NCBI GenBank assembly: GCA_001949185.1
Contig: BDGG01000002.1
Coordinates: 6,562,448-6,626,447 of the forward strand
Reading direction: 5' to 3'
DNA from: Ramazzottius varieornatus
Taxonomy: Eukaryota > Animalia > Tardigrada
DNA length: 64,000 nt
The notes beneath the pieces are model-generated. The model was not told where the DNA came from. It did no database searches and was given only the letters and a program-made list of their open reading frames with translations. Below, in pieces: positions 31,320 to 44,598 of the stretch (its first letter is position 1; every line of letters begins with the position of its first letter). A program made the position numbers and the translations under genes.

Positions 31320-31846
31320 TTTGCTCCTCTGTGGAACTGGGTTCCGCATAAAGATTTAAGTTTGATCGTAAGTTTAATGACTCAGCTTTACTAGTGTCCT
31401 GGTCCGTATGGGGAACACAATAAGTAGTTCGCGTTGTATCTCTAGTAAAGGAATTGCACCAGATGAAATTCACCTGTTAACCCTGAAGTTTAGCTGACCT
31501 AGAGTTGTATCGGAACCGGAAGTGAGCATTGCTGGTTAACCAATTACCGACTTGGACCATCTCCAAGTAAGCACACGCAAAATAAGATTAACCTCATTCG
31601 CTAAAACGTGTAAAAAAGGAGCAACGCGTCCTGCGTAGTATCACCAACGGTAGGATAATAGATAAGAAAAGACATGAACTGGTAAAAAAAGTTGCCTCAA
31701 GGTTGCGTGAAAGAGGTTTAGGAGATCACGGACCCGTTAATAAGATGGACCACTTTTCATTAAGACAACATCACCGGGTCAGAACGCCTCATCTCTCAAG
31801 GCTTCATACTACCAAAAAGGGGCAATAACGCTTTGGTCAGCTTTTG

Positions 31847-33123
31847 CTAATCTAGACAAATGACTTCGGATGGATTCGCCAACGCCCGTTTGGCGGAAGG
31901 CTCCGCCGAACCTTCCTCGCCTTCTTCTATCTTTACCCTCTTCTTCAACCGTAGAATCGTGTCTTCAAGACCGGCCATCCGTTTCGGGTCAGCTACCGGC
32001 GGAGGTCTTGATCCTTCCAGCAGGTTCACGGGTTCGAGAAGAGGTCCCTGTGACGACTGATCTTCCGCCACAAGGTTCGAAGAGGTAGAAGGGTTCGAAG
32101 CTTCTGCCACACTGACTTGACTTCTGGTCTGTCGACCCTTGCGGCCACTGGTTCGTTTCTTTCGGTCAGCGGCTAAACGCTTCTTTTCCCCACACGCAGA
32201 AATCATGTGGGGAGCCATGCGGCTGAGGGCGATGAATCGACCACAGTTGGGACACTTGTCTGGCGTGTGAAGCATGTACTCGTAAGGATTTTGGAAGAGG
32301 TCCTCCCAAGTACCCGTCATTGCATCTATCTCCGCATGTGTTGGCTCGACTGGTAGATGACCATCGGTCATTGAATCAGAGACCACTTCGGTAGTTTGAG
32401 TGTCTACAATGGAATCCATCAAGTTATCAAAAATGTCTAGCTCATCTTCCGTCAGTTCTTTCAGCAGAGCCGTCAGTGTTTTGGAGTCTAGGTCTACAGT
32501 GCTCCGGACGGAAGGTAAGCTAGGTGTAGGTTCTTCCATGTCTGGACGAACGTCTTCCGAGTACGCGCTACTCTGCGACGGTGGTAGAAGTGATGGTACT
32601 TCTCCGACTGATGAGTTTGACTCGGGTTCTACCACATCTGCTTCTGCGTTAGACGAAAGTTCGCATGGCGGACTATTAGTGGGAGGTATTTGAGCAAGTG
32701 TTGAATCACAGGGCTGAGGAAACCGACAGTAGTTATGGTCGTGTAGTGGCGAGTACTCGTCAACGGGCTCCACTGAGTCTTCCTGGACGGACTCTGGACT
32801 GGATGGAGACATATATGAGCTCGATGGCAGGTCTGAGCTGCTTCGCGCCAGCTCTTCTTTGGAAAGAGGCACCTGCAAGGGAAACAGAAACTTGTAACGT
32901 GCATCCAAGAAGCCACTTCATACAATGCGGTTTGAAGTACCAAGCCAATTTCTGCAGTGGATGGTCTCTCTTCTTGCAGCAAACCAGTCTCTTCCGACGA
33001 ACTTTCCGCTTCTTTATCTTGGCCATTCTCGAAAGGATGGTCGTGAGGACTCGGGCGGGCGAAGTTCACCACAGGTTCGTGGCGTTTTGCGCTTGCCGGT
33101 GCGTACTGATACAGGTCGGACAT
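31847..33123 (-). CDS. Sgf11/ATXN7L3-like SAGA deubiquitination-module zinc-finger protein (divergent)
   Basis: IFDNLMDSIV helix, DLF segment and zinc finger CPNCGRFIALSRMAPHMISACG (cf. Sgf11 CPNCxRxIAASRFAPHLEKC) followed by a basic patch. Start codon uncertain. Confidence 0.7.
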
Positions 33124-34002
33124 GGATTCAGTATCACGGACGGCAATTGGTAAGTAGGAGACATTGGACGAGCTAAGGAGCAGCGGGCGCGAAAGAGTGT
33201 CCATCCTTTCTTTATGAAACAACATTCCATGGTCTCGGAGATTAGTCGAAGGATCCGCCGCTAACAGGTTTGGATGAGTTGGCATGAGAAATCTCCAACG
33301 AAGATGGATGGACGTCTGCTGGGAGAACAAGAATCAAGATTGATCACTAAACCACGCTAGTTCTAGAATCACTCGCAAATCAATGTCAATCAACAAATCA
33401 GTGGCTGGTTACACTGGTAACAGTAACTGAACAATATGACGGACAAACTGACAGGCCATCGCAAGCTTGTAAATTCATAAACCGATTCTTACACAACGAG
33501 TACTCCTTCCACACCTTCTGACACAGACCAATTGAACCTGAAGACACACGAATTCGTAGGTTAGAACTGAAAGATAACTCCTGGACGTAATATGGTAGTA
33601 CCTTGTGAGACGTCAGCCTCCGCCGTCTTTCCTCGAAAGTTTCAGCGGTCGATCGCGTTATCGACCTGTCCCGTGACGAATAAATATCTCCTGTCGCTTG
33701 TTCTTCAAGCGGGACGTGGTGAGAATGGGAAGACACTGAGCATAACTCCCCGGAGCATTGAAGACGCAAAGTGGTGGATTGTGGAAGAGTTGTCAAATTA
33801 AATTCAGCAAAATATCCAGCTTACAATCCAGTTTTTGTCAACAGATTGTGTAGTCCGCCACATAGCCGTAGCCGTAGCGGCAACAAAGGCCAGCGTCCGA
33901 TCCCCAAATTTTACTCTTTTTCTCCCAAAAGTCAGGTTGCCCTGAGACCCCTGTCACCATATCAACTCTACGGGTAGCCACCATCTCTGCGTTCCATCAT
34001 CC

Positions 34003-37000
34003 ATGGCAGGCGATGCAGTGGGCAAGCTGACTTTCCTCGGGGCCAAAAATTCGATCGAAGAAACTCAAAATCCTGGACTCAGCAGTGGTGACGCAGGAAG
34101 TTACCAGAGCATCATTCTGCAACCGCCAATGACGCGATCTCCGTCTTCGCATCTGGGACGAGTATCCGAAACCGGGAGAGGCTGCGAGAAATCCAAAGAT
34201 TTCCTTAGGAACACGAGTCTTGCAAGGCGCGTCTGCTTCTCGTACGTCCGCGCTGCCTGCATGCTGTTCCGTTCCTGATCATCGAGGTGGGATGGATAGC
34301 CTGTCGATCGATTCCTGATATACCGTCACCATCGATGGAAATGTAGTATGTTCTGCTTTGCTTACCGTGTACTCCAGACAACTTCGTTTTGTGCCACTAA
34401 CCGAACCGCATCATGAGCAAGGTAACGCGTTCTTCCAGTCCGATGTCGGAGCTGTCCAAAGCTCTACAAACCCACCCTCTATACTGTTTTCTTTAAAGTC
34501 TGCCCCAAATGAGTCTCAGCCGGGAAAGGTAAGCAAAGGATAGTGCACACCTGTGGAAGCAAGAATACACCATGTGTTAGACTCACCAATTCCTTTTTCC
34601 CGGTCAGAAGTCAGTAGACTCGAAAGGGAGCGAGGATCTGGATGGCTTCTGGGACTACGCCCACGACGTTGTTGACGATATCACCACGAAAGCCGAAAAT
34701 TCCGCCTCAAGTTGGTAGTTTACCGTTACAGTGATTATTATTTACGAACTCACCATTGCAGTCTTGTGACGATGTGTTTTCAGACAGAAATTCCTCTCAG
34801 AATAGCGTGCCCAAGTTGGATGACTTCTGGGACTACACCCCGCCCGAAGAGACCCGGAGTCGTAAGAAAACATCCCACGGTCAGTGTCCCAAAGACAAGG
34901 AAATTTACTACACGTACATGATATTCATACGCATTGTACCGTGAAAATGTGATAAGAAATTACCAAATGAACGCTTTCTCATGAAGGAGGAAGTGGCAGC
35001 TCTGCCAAGGTGGAGGACGACTTCTGGGGCTATAAGCCAGTACTGGACCCGTTCTGGGCGTATTCCAGAACTAGTCTGCCTACTATAGACGCAGATCTTC
35101 CCAGCAGTCCCAGAAAGGAAGCAAGGAAAGATCTTCCGGGTCCCGTGGAATCCGTTAGGGCTATTCCTCTGACTCCGTTCGATCGTGACAACTATCACCT
35201 TGACTTTCGGTCGATGGGCACTCAAGTAAAGGCAGAGTCAACACGCCGTGACACACCCGAAACCGATCGTAGGGTAACCCTTCCTCCCGCTGAAGAGCCG
35301 GAAAACTCCACGGGCCTCTCTCGTCCGTCCGGAGGACACTATTCGCCAGTTGAGAAAGAAATGGGTGAGTTCTGGCACTACCCCGAAGACCTCGAGCCGT
35401 TCTGGGACTACGCATCCCAGCAGCAGAATGGTAGTCTCGGACATCGGAGATCTTCCGTTGACAACATAACGAATAACGACAGAGGACCGAGGCTTTCCAT
35501 GGAAGCGTCCAATACTTCCGATAGCAAGGAACAACTCAGGACCCGGAACTCGTTGCCGAATCTGAACGAACAGACCAAAGCGTTCAGTCGTCCGTCAAAG
35601 TTCTCGTCGGTACGGTGTAAACAGACCATCAAGTGTGGGGGACCCAAAGACTTTCCCGCTGGCCAGAATGTGTACTGTAAGGTTATTCCCCTGAGTTGTT
35701 CTCAAGGATTTTCCTTCAGAGAGAGAGACAGGATGATTTCGCGGTTTTAACGTATTATTATGTTTTCAAAGTATCGGATGGGTTTTGTGTTAATCTTTTT
35801 GGGTAGTTTCTTATGGATTTTAATTTGGCAGATAATGATGGGCGAGAAATTCGACATACGGTGAAGTCTAAAGAGTCCTCAGATGTTTCCCACATAAAGC
35901 GATGCGTGATCGACCAGATTGACTTCATCAAGCAACGCGATGGAATATGGTCGTACCAGCGGCTGTACAGGGCGGTGTTCATCCTTGCGAACTTCATGAA
36001 AGAGCACAAGTTCATGTAATACGCCATTAGTTTTGTTACAGGTTTGAACTCCTGTGAAACCTTGTTCCTCCTGCTTCAGATATAAGTACCTGCAGGATAG
36101 CCAGCGCCAGTGGATGGAAGACATCGCTAAGCGGGTGGATGGTTGGACCTACCTGATGACTCCTATGAGCTGCACCTTCGCTAAATGGAGACAGGCCAAA
36201 CTCAGGCGGCGAGCTCGAGCAGAAGCGGTAAAAATGGGTTGTTGTCCTTGCACTCGATAATCTTGTTCAACTAACGAACAGAAAAACTATCAATTTTACC
36301 CGGTGCAATATATCGGATTACCTTTTCCAAGGTTGTTTGAGATGTTCATAATTGAACTGAAGTTATATGAGTATTGCAGATGGCTCGTGACTGTTTCCGG
36401 CTGGTGAACCCACAAAACTTCGACAAGCAAGAAGCAGAAAAGAAACGAGCTAACGCCCTCATCCACGCTGAGCGTATGCGTCTGAAGAAGCTCGAGAGGG
36501 AACGGAAGAAGGTAATGTTGGACCGGTTAACGCGCCTCTCTTACGCCCACTCCCGGAAGGCGCGACAAGGTGACCAGAAGATGCCGATTCAGCTACGACC
36601 TCCACGCTTCTCCGATCTAGTCGGAGCTGACCTGTTTGAAGGCGCGCTGAAGTTCCGCGGGGACTGGAAACCAGCCGACCGGCGACGCTTCCCTCACCGG
36701 ACGTTCGGCGAGACACTTCACGATCTGCATATCGCCAAACTGTTCAAACGAAGCATGTGGGGCCGGCTTCCTTCGAGACCAACTGCTGTCAAATTCGGAA
36801 AGTGCTCTAAAGTGTCGAGGACCTCCACGATAAAGCCTCTGACGAAGCAGGATCTGGATCCTTGTAACGCCTATAAGCCTTTCAAGCCGCTACATAGGAT
36901 ATCAAGACCCGGAAGGCTGTTTGAGTACGAGATAAAACAGAAGGCAGCAAAGTTGGCACTCAAACAGACCGAAGTTGCCAAAGGTAAAAGAAACTTGGTG

Positions 37001-38980
37001 TGACCATGGTGGTTGAACTAAAAAATTGTACTATGCTTTTATATCTGTCTTCCGATCGGTCTGAGTGATAATTTTGAAATGTCCGCTCATCAATTTCTTC
37101 GTGCAAAGCGTGAAGTAGGACTCCGTTTACGCTGCCCTTTTCCCACCATTGTTGCTACAGATTTATTTAGTACCTGTGGTTTATATTGCAGAAGCGAAAG
37201 CTCTTCACGCTCCGAAGGATGAGGTGGCCAAAATTATGGACCTGATCGACGACATCGAAGCTAAACACGACAAAATCACCCAAGCCAAAACGGGACACTT
37301 TCCTCCCGGCGCACTGGCGGAAGTGGTCCACCTCATAGAGGCCATTGAGAACAAGCAGGCCGAGATCAAGCACGAGCTACTTACCATAAGACAAACTGGG
37401 GCGGTACCCAAGGTGAAACTTCATCCACCGACGCCAGTCCAGCCTAGGCATGTCAAGACAGCTCCCAGACAGCGCGCGGGAGACAGAATACCGAAACCGC
37501 GACGACCGCACACAGCTGGTGAACAGCGTGGTACCTTGGCTCCTGCTGGGCATAAGGATGACATGAGGGACTTCTGGGACTACCCTCCGGACCTAGAAGC
37601 GTACTGGAAGGATGCGAAGGAAACCCAGCAGAAAATACCACCGCCTCGTGGACCTGAGCGGCGGACTCCGCCTGCCCAACAAACTCATCAGAAGACTCCA
37701 GCGGCTCTGGTCGGGAGTCTACCTGCCCCAGCCGCCAAGCGCAGAATGAGCAGCACGAATCCTTTGCCTGTTACCGGTAAGGTGACATGTTTTCTTTTAC
37801 GTATACTGGACTGGTTTAACCAGGGAATCGGTAAAACTTTGCGAGGCTCGGGACAAAGCCTCGACACGATCATTTTCGCTGTTAATTATGGAAAGCTTGC
37901 GCCACTTGTGAAAACGATTTTGTCGGGTCAAGTTGCTGAGTTTGGTCTGGTAATATTAATAATCTACTCGGCTTGTATCGATGTGAATGAAAAAGATCAG
38001 AATAATTTCTTATTTGTCCGCTCCTGTACTATAACTTGTTTGGCACCGCTGTTTTTAGGGCAAGATAAGCCGAGTGCGCCAGCTCGTCGCACATCCCGGA
38101 CAACCTCTCGACCAAAGACTGCTCCAGCAATACCCGCCAGGAAACGTTGGACAACGCCTAAGCCCCAAAGCGTTCACCGTCCCAACCCTACTCCTGTACA
38201 TCGGCCCAGGAACTTCAGTCCCGAGCCCATGAAAACCAGAGGGCCCTCTGGTACAAGGCCGAAGTCCGCGAAGAAGTCAGGCAAGCACCACCGGAAGTCG
38301 TCTCGGGATGTGTCCGTTGAACCTCCTTCCATAGATTTCCGTGGCTCGCTCGTGGAAGACGCAGAACAAATAGTGGAGGAAGTGATCGACATACCGGACG
38401 ACATGCGAGATTTCTGGAACTACGCCCCAAACATAAGGTAGTGGGACTACCAAAGCAAGTATAACAAGGCGTAAAACGAGATTACTCACCTTTCTGGCTG
38501 AGTATTTGGAACGGTGGTCAGTTTGTTTTTTAAAGTGGCGCACACTTGCAGCCTTTGACAATGAAAGCTTGCGCGACTTGATATGATGATCTGGTTCAAT
38601 TCATTTGCCTGCGTCCCGTTTACCTTCATGACGTGGATTTATTGACATGGATATATGTTTTGATGTTTGATTCGTGATTTTATGCTCGAAGGGAATTCTG
38701 GAACGATCCGCCCGATATCAAGCCTTTCTGGGACTACGAGAGAGACTCGAAGGACAGCACCTCAAGGGATAGCTCCTCGAGTAACCTTGCGCCTCCATCG
38801 CCCAACACTCACATAGCCAGCCCTCAGACATCTTTCTCCCGGCCATCTCAAAATCTCGGCGGTAGGGGTTTCCAGGCTGGCATAGATGCAGCTATCGATG
38901 AATATGTTGACGAGTTGTTACGGCAAGAATTTGCCATGAAGGCAGCTCGTAATCAGAATAGAAAAGGTTCAAAAGAATGA
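34003..38980 (+). CDS. Large uncharacterised multi-exon protein with dispersed FWxY repeats in low-complexity linkers
   Basis: Long open exons (35010-35609, 36380-36983, 37192-37775, 38060-38437, 38692-38980) bounded by GT/AG, with recurring [DEP]FWxY motifs; TGA at 38978-38980. The 5' structure, and whether this is one gene, are uncertain. Confidence 0.6.
37840..37946. repeat. Partially deleted palindromic element copy E (intron)
   Basis: Right core TTGCGCCACTTG (37897-37908) and arm-like flanks are present; left core absent. Confidence 0.55.
38494..38618. repeat. Palindromic element copy F (intron)
   Basis: AAAGTGGCGCAC(38532-38543)-N25-TTGCGCGACTTG(38569-38580)...TTTGCCTGCGTCCCG. Confidence 0.8.
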
Positions 38981-39469
38981 CCACGAACTGCTGTTGTTAC
39001 TTGTAAGAAGTTTCGATACTTTTTATCAGTACCGTTGAGCCTCTAGCAAACGACAGTCTGTTGCCCGAAGTTAAAGCGCTTATTCACCTCCCACTTTATC
39101 TGAAGTTCCTTCCACGTTGGCCATGCAGAACAAAGAAAAGGACATTCAACCACCCAGTACTCCAGATTTAGGTTGTCCTAAGATTTTGATAGCACAGTCG
39201 CTGAAACTTGTCTCGTCTATTTTGGGCATTTCGTGGTAATCGTCGCGATCAAATTGTTTAGGCGTCAGTGCGCATGATTGTTGTCCTTTCTTGTTATGTG
39301 GAGCCCTTGGTGGTCATCAGGTGAAAGTGCTGACTTCATCAGCGTGCAGTGAACGCTTTTCTGTTGATCTACAGATAAACTACTTTCCATCGGCAAGGCA
39401 CACAGTTGCGCTAGTTTCGGCTGAGGGAGTTAGGTTCTTTTGCAGTTGACATTAAGTTGGTCTTCCAGG

Positions 39470-41139
39470 ATGAAATTCATTTTTATCGCCGTTTTATTCC
39501 TGCTGGGCTTGGCCCTAGTATTTGCAAAGAAAGCAAAACGCGCGGGATGTTACAACAAGGAATATGATCGTCATGTGAAACCCGTCAAGTAAGTCACCGT
39601 TAGCCACGGTTTGCCTCGCGGATAACCGTGATCGTACAGTACTGTAGTGTACTAATATTGTCTGCTTGCTTCACGTAGAACTCGACCGCGACCCCACGAG
39701 TATCTTGGAAGGGAGAACCTTCCTGCAGCTTGGGACTGGCGGAACGTCGATGGTGTCAACTATGTATCCCCGACGCGAAACCAGCATATTCCGCAGTGTA
39801 CGAAGCTATATTTATCATATTTAACCATCGTGCTGAAGTTCGAGAAGATATCGGCATATTATTTTTTGTTTGTAGACTGCGGTTCGTGTTGGGCGATGGG
39901 CACCACCTCCAGCCTTGGTATTTGCGAGCTTTAGTTAGGCCCGGTCGGGTGGCGGCCATTTTGCTTCTCGGTCTTATGTTATCTTTTTCCAGCTGACCGA
40001 ATTAATATCGCACGCAAGGGAGCTTGGCCAAGCGCATATTTGAGCCCACAAAACGTGCTGGACTGCGGTGAGGCAGGAACTTGCCATGGCGGAGGTGAGT
40101 TCGTCACCAACCATTTTGTAGCGCGTGCCGATTCTGATGCCCGGAATTGTTACAGGTGGTTTAGCTGTCTTCGAGTACGCACACAAGAAAGGAATTCCGG
40201 ATGAGACATGTAACAACTACCAGGCTATTGATCAAGGTACTACACTGTGTTGGAGACCCACAACAAGATTTCCGGCGCATTGTATCCTCTTATTGGAACT
40301 GTATGTTAATTTTCGTTTAGATTGCAAGCCTTTCAACCAGTGCGGTACCTGCTCAGAATTCGGCAAGTGCTACGTGCTGAAAAACTACACGACCTGGAAG
40401 GTATAGAGAATAACGACGAATAGCTATCGTTATATTGATACTATCGGCAGGTTGACAACCAATTGATGGTAGGTTGGCGACTTTGGACCTGTTAGCGGAC
40501 GAGAAAATATGGTGAGCCAAAACATCGGATATCGTACTGTGATCTTTGATGTCTGGATGGACCAAGAGCCATTTTTTCTTTCGCAGATGATGGAGATTTG
40601 GAAACGGGGACCTATTGCGCACGTAGACCTGAAGCTCAGTGTAACTTTGAGATACCTGTACAGAGTAAATCAGCTGGCACTCTTTACAGATGCGGGATTG
40701 CTGTGACAGAGAAGTTTGATGATGTCTACACCGGTGGAATTTACAGCGAACACGTCAAAGATCCGGAAGTAAGCAAGACTAAAGAACCGTTGAAAGGCAA
40801 TTTTGCAGCTCTGTAATACGCCAGCGTTTTATGAATTATGAGAATCTTGATTAGACTTTATTGCAGATAAACCATATTCTTTCGATTGTGGGATGGGGCG
40901 TGGAGCATGACACTGGAGTCGAATACTGGATCGGTCGCAACTCATGGGGCGAGCCCTGGGTAATTAACCATATCTATTTACAAATACGGAGAATGATCTG
41001 TACACTAGAAATTCGCTTTTAGGGAGAACACGGATGGTTCCGGATAGTCACCAGCAAGTATAAGAACGGAACCGGAAATGACTACAACCTGGCCGTGGAA
41101 AGCGATTGCGCCTACGCTGACCCCATAGTCCCGTACTAA
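39470..41139 (+). CDS. CTSZ: Cathepsin Z/X cysteine carboxypeptidase (many small exons)
   Basis: Signal peptide, short propeptide with [28 protein letters not shown] (HIP insertion diagnostic of cathepsin Z), [22 protein letters not shown] and [14 protein letters not shown]. Confidence 0.96.
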
Positions 41140-41263
41140 AACACGACACTCCGGAAAACCTTTATTTTGTATTCAAGGCTGGCTTGTTATCTCTACTGAA
41201 TGCTCAATTTTGTATAGGGCGGTTACAGGCTTTCGAGTAATTTAGACACTGTAGTGGAAGCTT

Positions 41264-43621
41264 TTACAAGGAGTGGACCATATCAGTGGCGATCTGGCAA
41301 TGCTCGGCTAACTTGCGCAGTTCTTTGCTGTTTGGGTGGTCATGTCCACATAGCTGTTCGACCTGCGTTAGGCACTCGTTGGCGTAATAATCAACTTGGT
41401 TCAAAGGGGCGAACTCCAGGGACCAAACGGCTAGATGAGTAAGGTAGCTAAGTAAGGCTGGGTCGTACTTGTTGAGGTGGGACCTGAAAAATGAAAATAA
41501 CAGCTCTTTGGAGGAATTTTCCTGAAGAGTTTGAAAAGCCATTTTTATAGTACCTCATCGGAAGGACGGCTTTGCAGACACATTTGAAGGCTTCTTCCTT
41601 CATTTTCAGTCTGTCAAACAAAACAGAAAATGAAATGGGGGACTGTTGAAGACCCATTCGATAATATTATTACCGACTTGGACATACTTCAACAGAACGG
41701 GCGCTGTTAAACTGTAGAAGAGTCCCAGAAGAAAGTTTGTTGGATGGAGGAACTTTTCCGCTAAGCCAGACAGTTGTTGCAAGTACTCCAAGTACTTGAA
41801 ACTAGTCGCTGGTTGTTCTCGTCGTAGACGTTCATACTCTTCTCGTAAGGCCTTTGTGACGGCAATAGCGACTTGTAGCTCGCTATCGTTGATCCTGCCG
41901 CATTGTTCGCATGGAAGCCTGCCCCGATCGTTCAGAGGAAGAGCCATGGAGCAGTTGTCAGTGCCGCATTTGAATGCGGATTGTTCGGCAATCTATAAGT
42001 GGATTATTGCATGTTGGTTATGAATATGGTAAGTCATGACGTCACTGCGGGAACAACCGTGAATTTTTTATGGGCCCCAGCCTCCAAGTCTTACAATTTC
42101 TTCATCTTGACATAAGGCGCATGTACACTGGAAGCAATACTTTTCCAGTACAGCCTGCCGCTGAATTATTGAATCCCAGGCAGACACGTAGGATATTCGC
42201 ACCTGTAGAGGAAACAGAAGAAACCATCAACCACCTCAAGACCCAGTAAATTCATCGAATGAACGTATGCAGGTGCGTCAAAGACCTCCTGCGAAATAAT
42301 TCATTGTTAATTTCTTCCTGAAATCATTCCGGTTTTACTTACGTCATGCAAAGTGCTGATATTTCGATTGGCTCGTATGACTAATGCGGTCCGATCGAAA
42401 AACTGGGTTGCATTAGCATCGCACCTGTGAAGGAAAAGATAAGGAACCATCAACCTCCTCGACACAAGAGCCAGTCAATTCATCGAATAAATGTATGCAG
42501 GTGCGTCACAGTCCTTCTGATACATAATTCATTGTTGTTATCTGCCGCTTACGAATGATCGAAAACCGACGGGCCAAGGTAAATTCCATATCCCACTGCA
42601 ATATTTGCACAATTTATATGTCAGCTTTGACAATCGTTCCACATTCGGCCCATCACCGAATGTAAAGTGCAAACAACGAATCCTTTTTTTGGCACGTCAT
42701 TAGCGTACCTTGGTATTGAGAGTGTCCAACTTTGAAAGGACTCATGATGCCAAAGGAATTGATGCGAAATTTGCCGAAGATCTCCAACAGGAACTCGTCA
42801 CCGTCGTTCTTTCTAAATGTCTGTCCGGCAGGGTCCACGACTTCAAACAGACTACGCCACTGCGGAAAGGTCTCGGTCCGTAGTTGAATAGCTTCTTCCG
42901 TCTCGGAGATCTTTTCTCTGTGGGACAACAAATGGAGGAAAGTTCGGTTCGTGGGAGGAACACAATCACCGGGACCATCTTCGAGTTCCCCTTTCTAAAG
43001 AGACCCGGAAATAAAAATTAGTCCGTGTCTCCATAAACACAGAAATACAGCGATAGGGAAGTTGCAATGTCGACAGAACATGACTGCTACCATGTGCGCA
43101 CAGCGTGAAGATCATACCATCAATTTTATCTGAATCTTTATGTACATAAGCAGTAGGTCGCCGTGGAAGCTCTTGCTGTCGAATAGACGATCTCTGGTGG
43201 CTCGTTTCATAACCGGGCATTCCAGTTTGTGTCGGTCTTTCCAGTCAGCGTTCTACAGTATAAAACAAGTTCATGTGGGTATGCGAACCTTAAAATTCAG
43301 ATAAGTATTCTTTCCAGAAAGAAGTATGAATCTACTATGTCTGAGATACGGTTCGACGTGGTGAGTGTTGTGTACCTGGCATTTTCTAGAGCAGTACCGA
43401 GCGCATGCACATCCACCACATTTTCGTCCTTTGGTGTTGCCTTTCATATCCAGCGGAAACTTTTCCATGCACCGATAGCAATGAGTAAGGATATGCTTCA
43501 CTTTCAAAGAATAAACCCATGGACGAGAGCGCATGATGACATCTCCAGCTGCGTATTTGAGAGGACATTCGGGAACCGGTTGGAGATCCGCTGAAGTCGA
43601 ACCTCCAGACTTCGTGGTCAT
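41264..43621 (-). CDS. SMYD-family (split SET plus MYND) lysine methyltransferase
   Basis: MYND finger HCYRC...CGGCACARYCSRKCQ, INSFGI, YLGPSVFDHSCDANA, VRISY...YCFQCTCALC post-SET, and a helical C-terminal domain (GHDHP). Confidence 0.88.
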
Positions 43622-44598
43622 ATTAGAGTACCACCCGTCGTACCACCAACTTTCTAGAAAACCAAAGGACACCTACTTTCCCGAACCTGCAGACGAAGCG
43701 TAACGCTTTTTTTCACTGGTACTTTCGGGTTAAACGCAAACTTTTCTTACCTGGAAGATATACACGAAGAGAGATCGTCTCACGGTTTCATCATTTTGGC
43801 TCAGCAGAGAATCTATCGTCTAGTGAAGAGGAGACAGTGTCGGCGAAGGAGGACGAGATAGCGGGAAGTGAACAATTCGTGTTTTTCATCCGCTGGTAAC
43901 TTAAAGTCGGTAAGGACCGGGCAGGTGCAACAATAAAGAGAAGTTTGAACAGTTCCGCATGTGGTGTGTGTCGAAGGAATGCAGGAGCTCGTCGCATTGT
44001 TGATCTGTTTACTCGGAGCTATGTTTAGCTTCCTGCACTCCGTATGCACAGCCAGGAATAAAACAGGACACTGACAAGGAAGAAGTTTCCGTAAATCCAT
44101 GAACGATCGTAAGGGCTAACCGCAACAAGAGCCAAGCGGAAAAGCGAAGAGTTTTACGCGCTGACGTCAGCAGCGACCTGTTCGTTTGATAATTTCTCTG
44201 TCATCCCAGTCGTTTCCTGGATCAGCCTCTGAACTAAAGCATACTTAAGTTACGTCAATATTATGATCGATTTTGCGCCTCTTACTTCCCTTTTTCCCTT
44301 TTTGTGGAATTTCATATAATGGCTCGTAAACAAAGCCGTCGCGCGGAACGATTAAATTATATTAGCACCAGAGTACCGCTGAACCACCACAAGAAAATCC
44401 AGTTGAGATATTCCGTCTCTTTATTGATTTCCGTTTGACAAGCAATAAAAGCGCGGAATAATGCTTCGGGGAAAGAAACGATTTTACCATTCAAGAGGAA
44501 AGATATTCGTCGAAAATAAGTTAAATCGATGGCAGCGGTTAAAAGAGGTTCTATTCTCTATCAGAGAGAAAGCCGTCAAAAGTTCCACAGAAAAGTTT

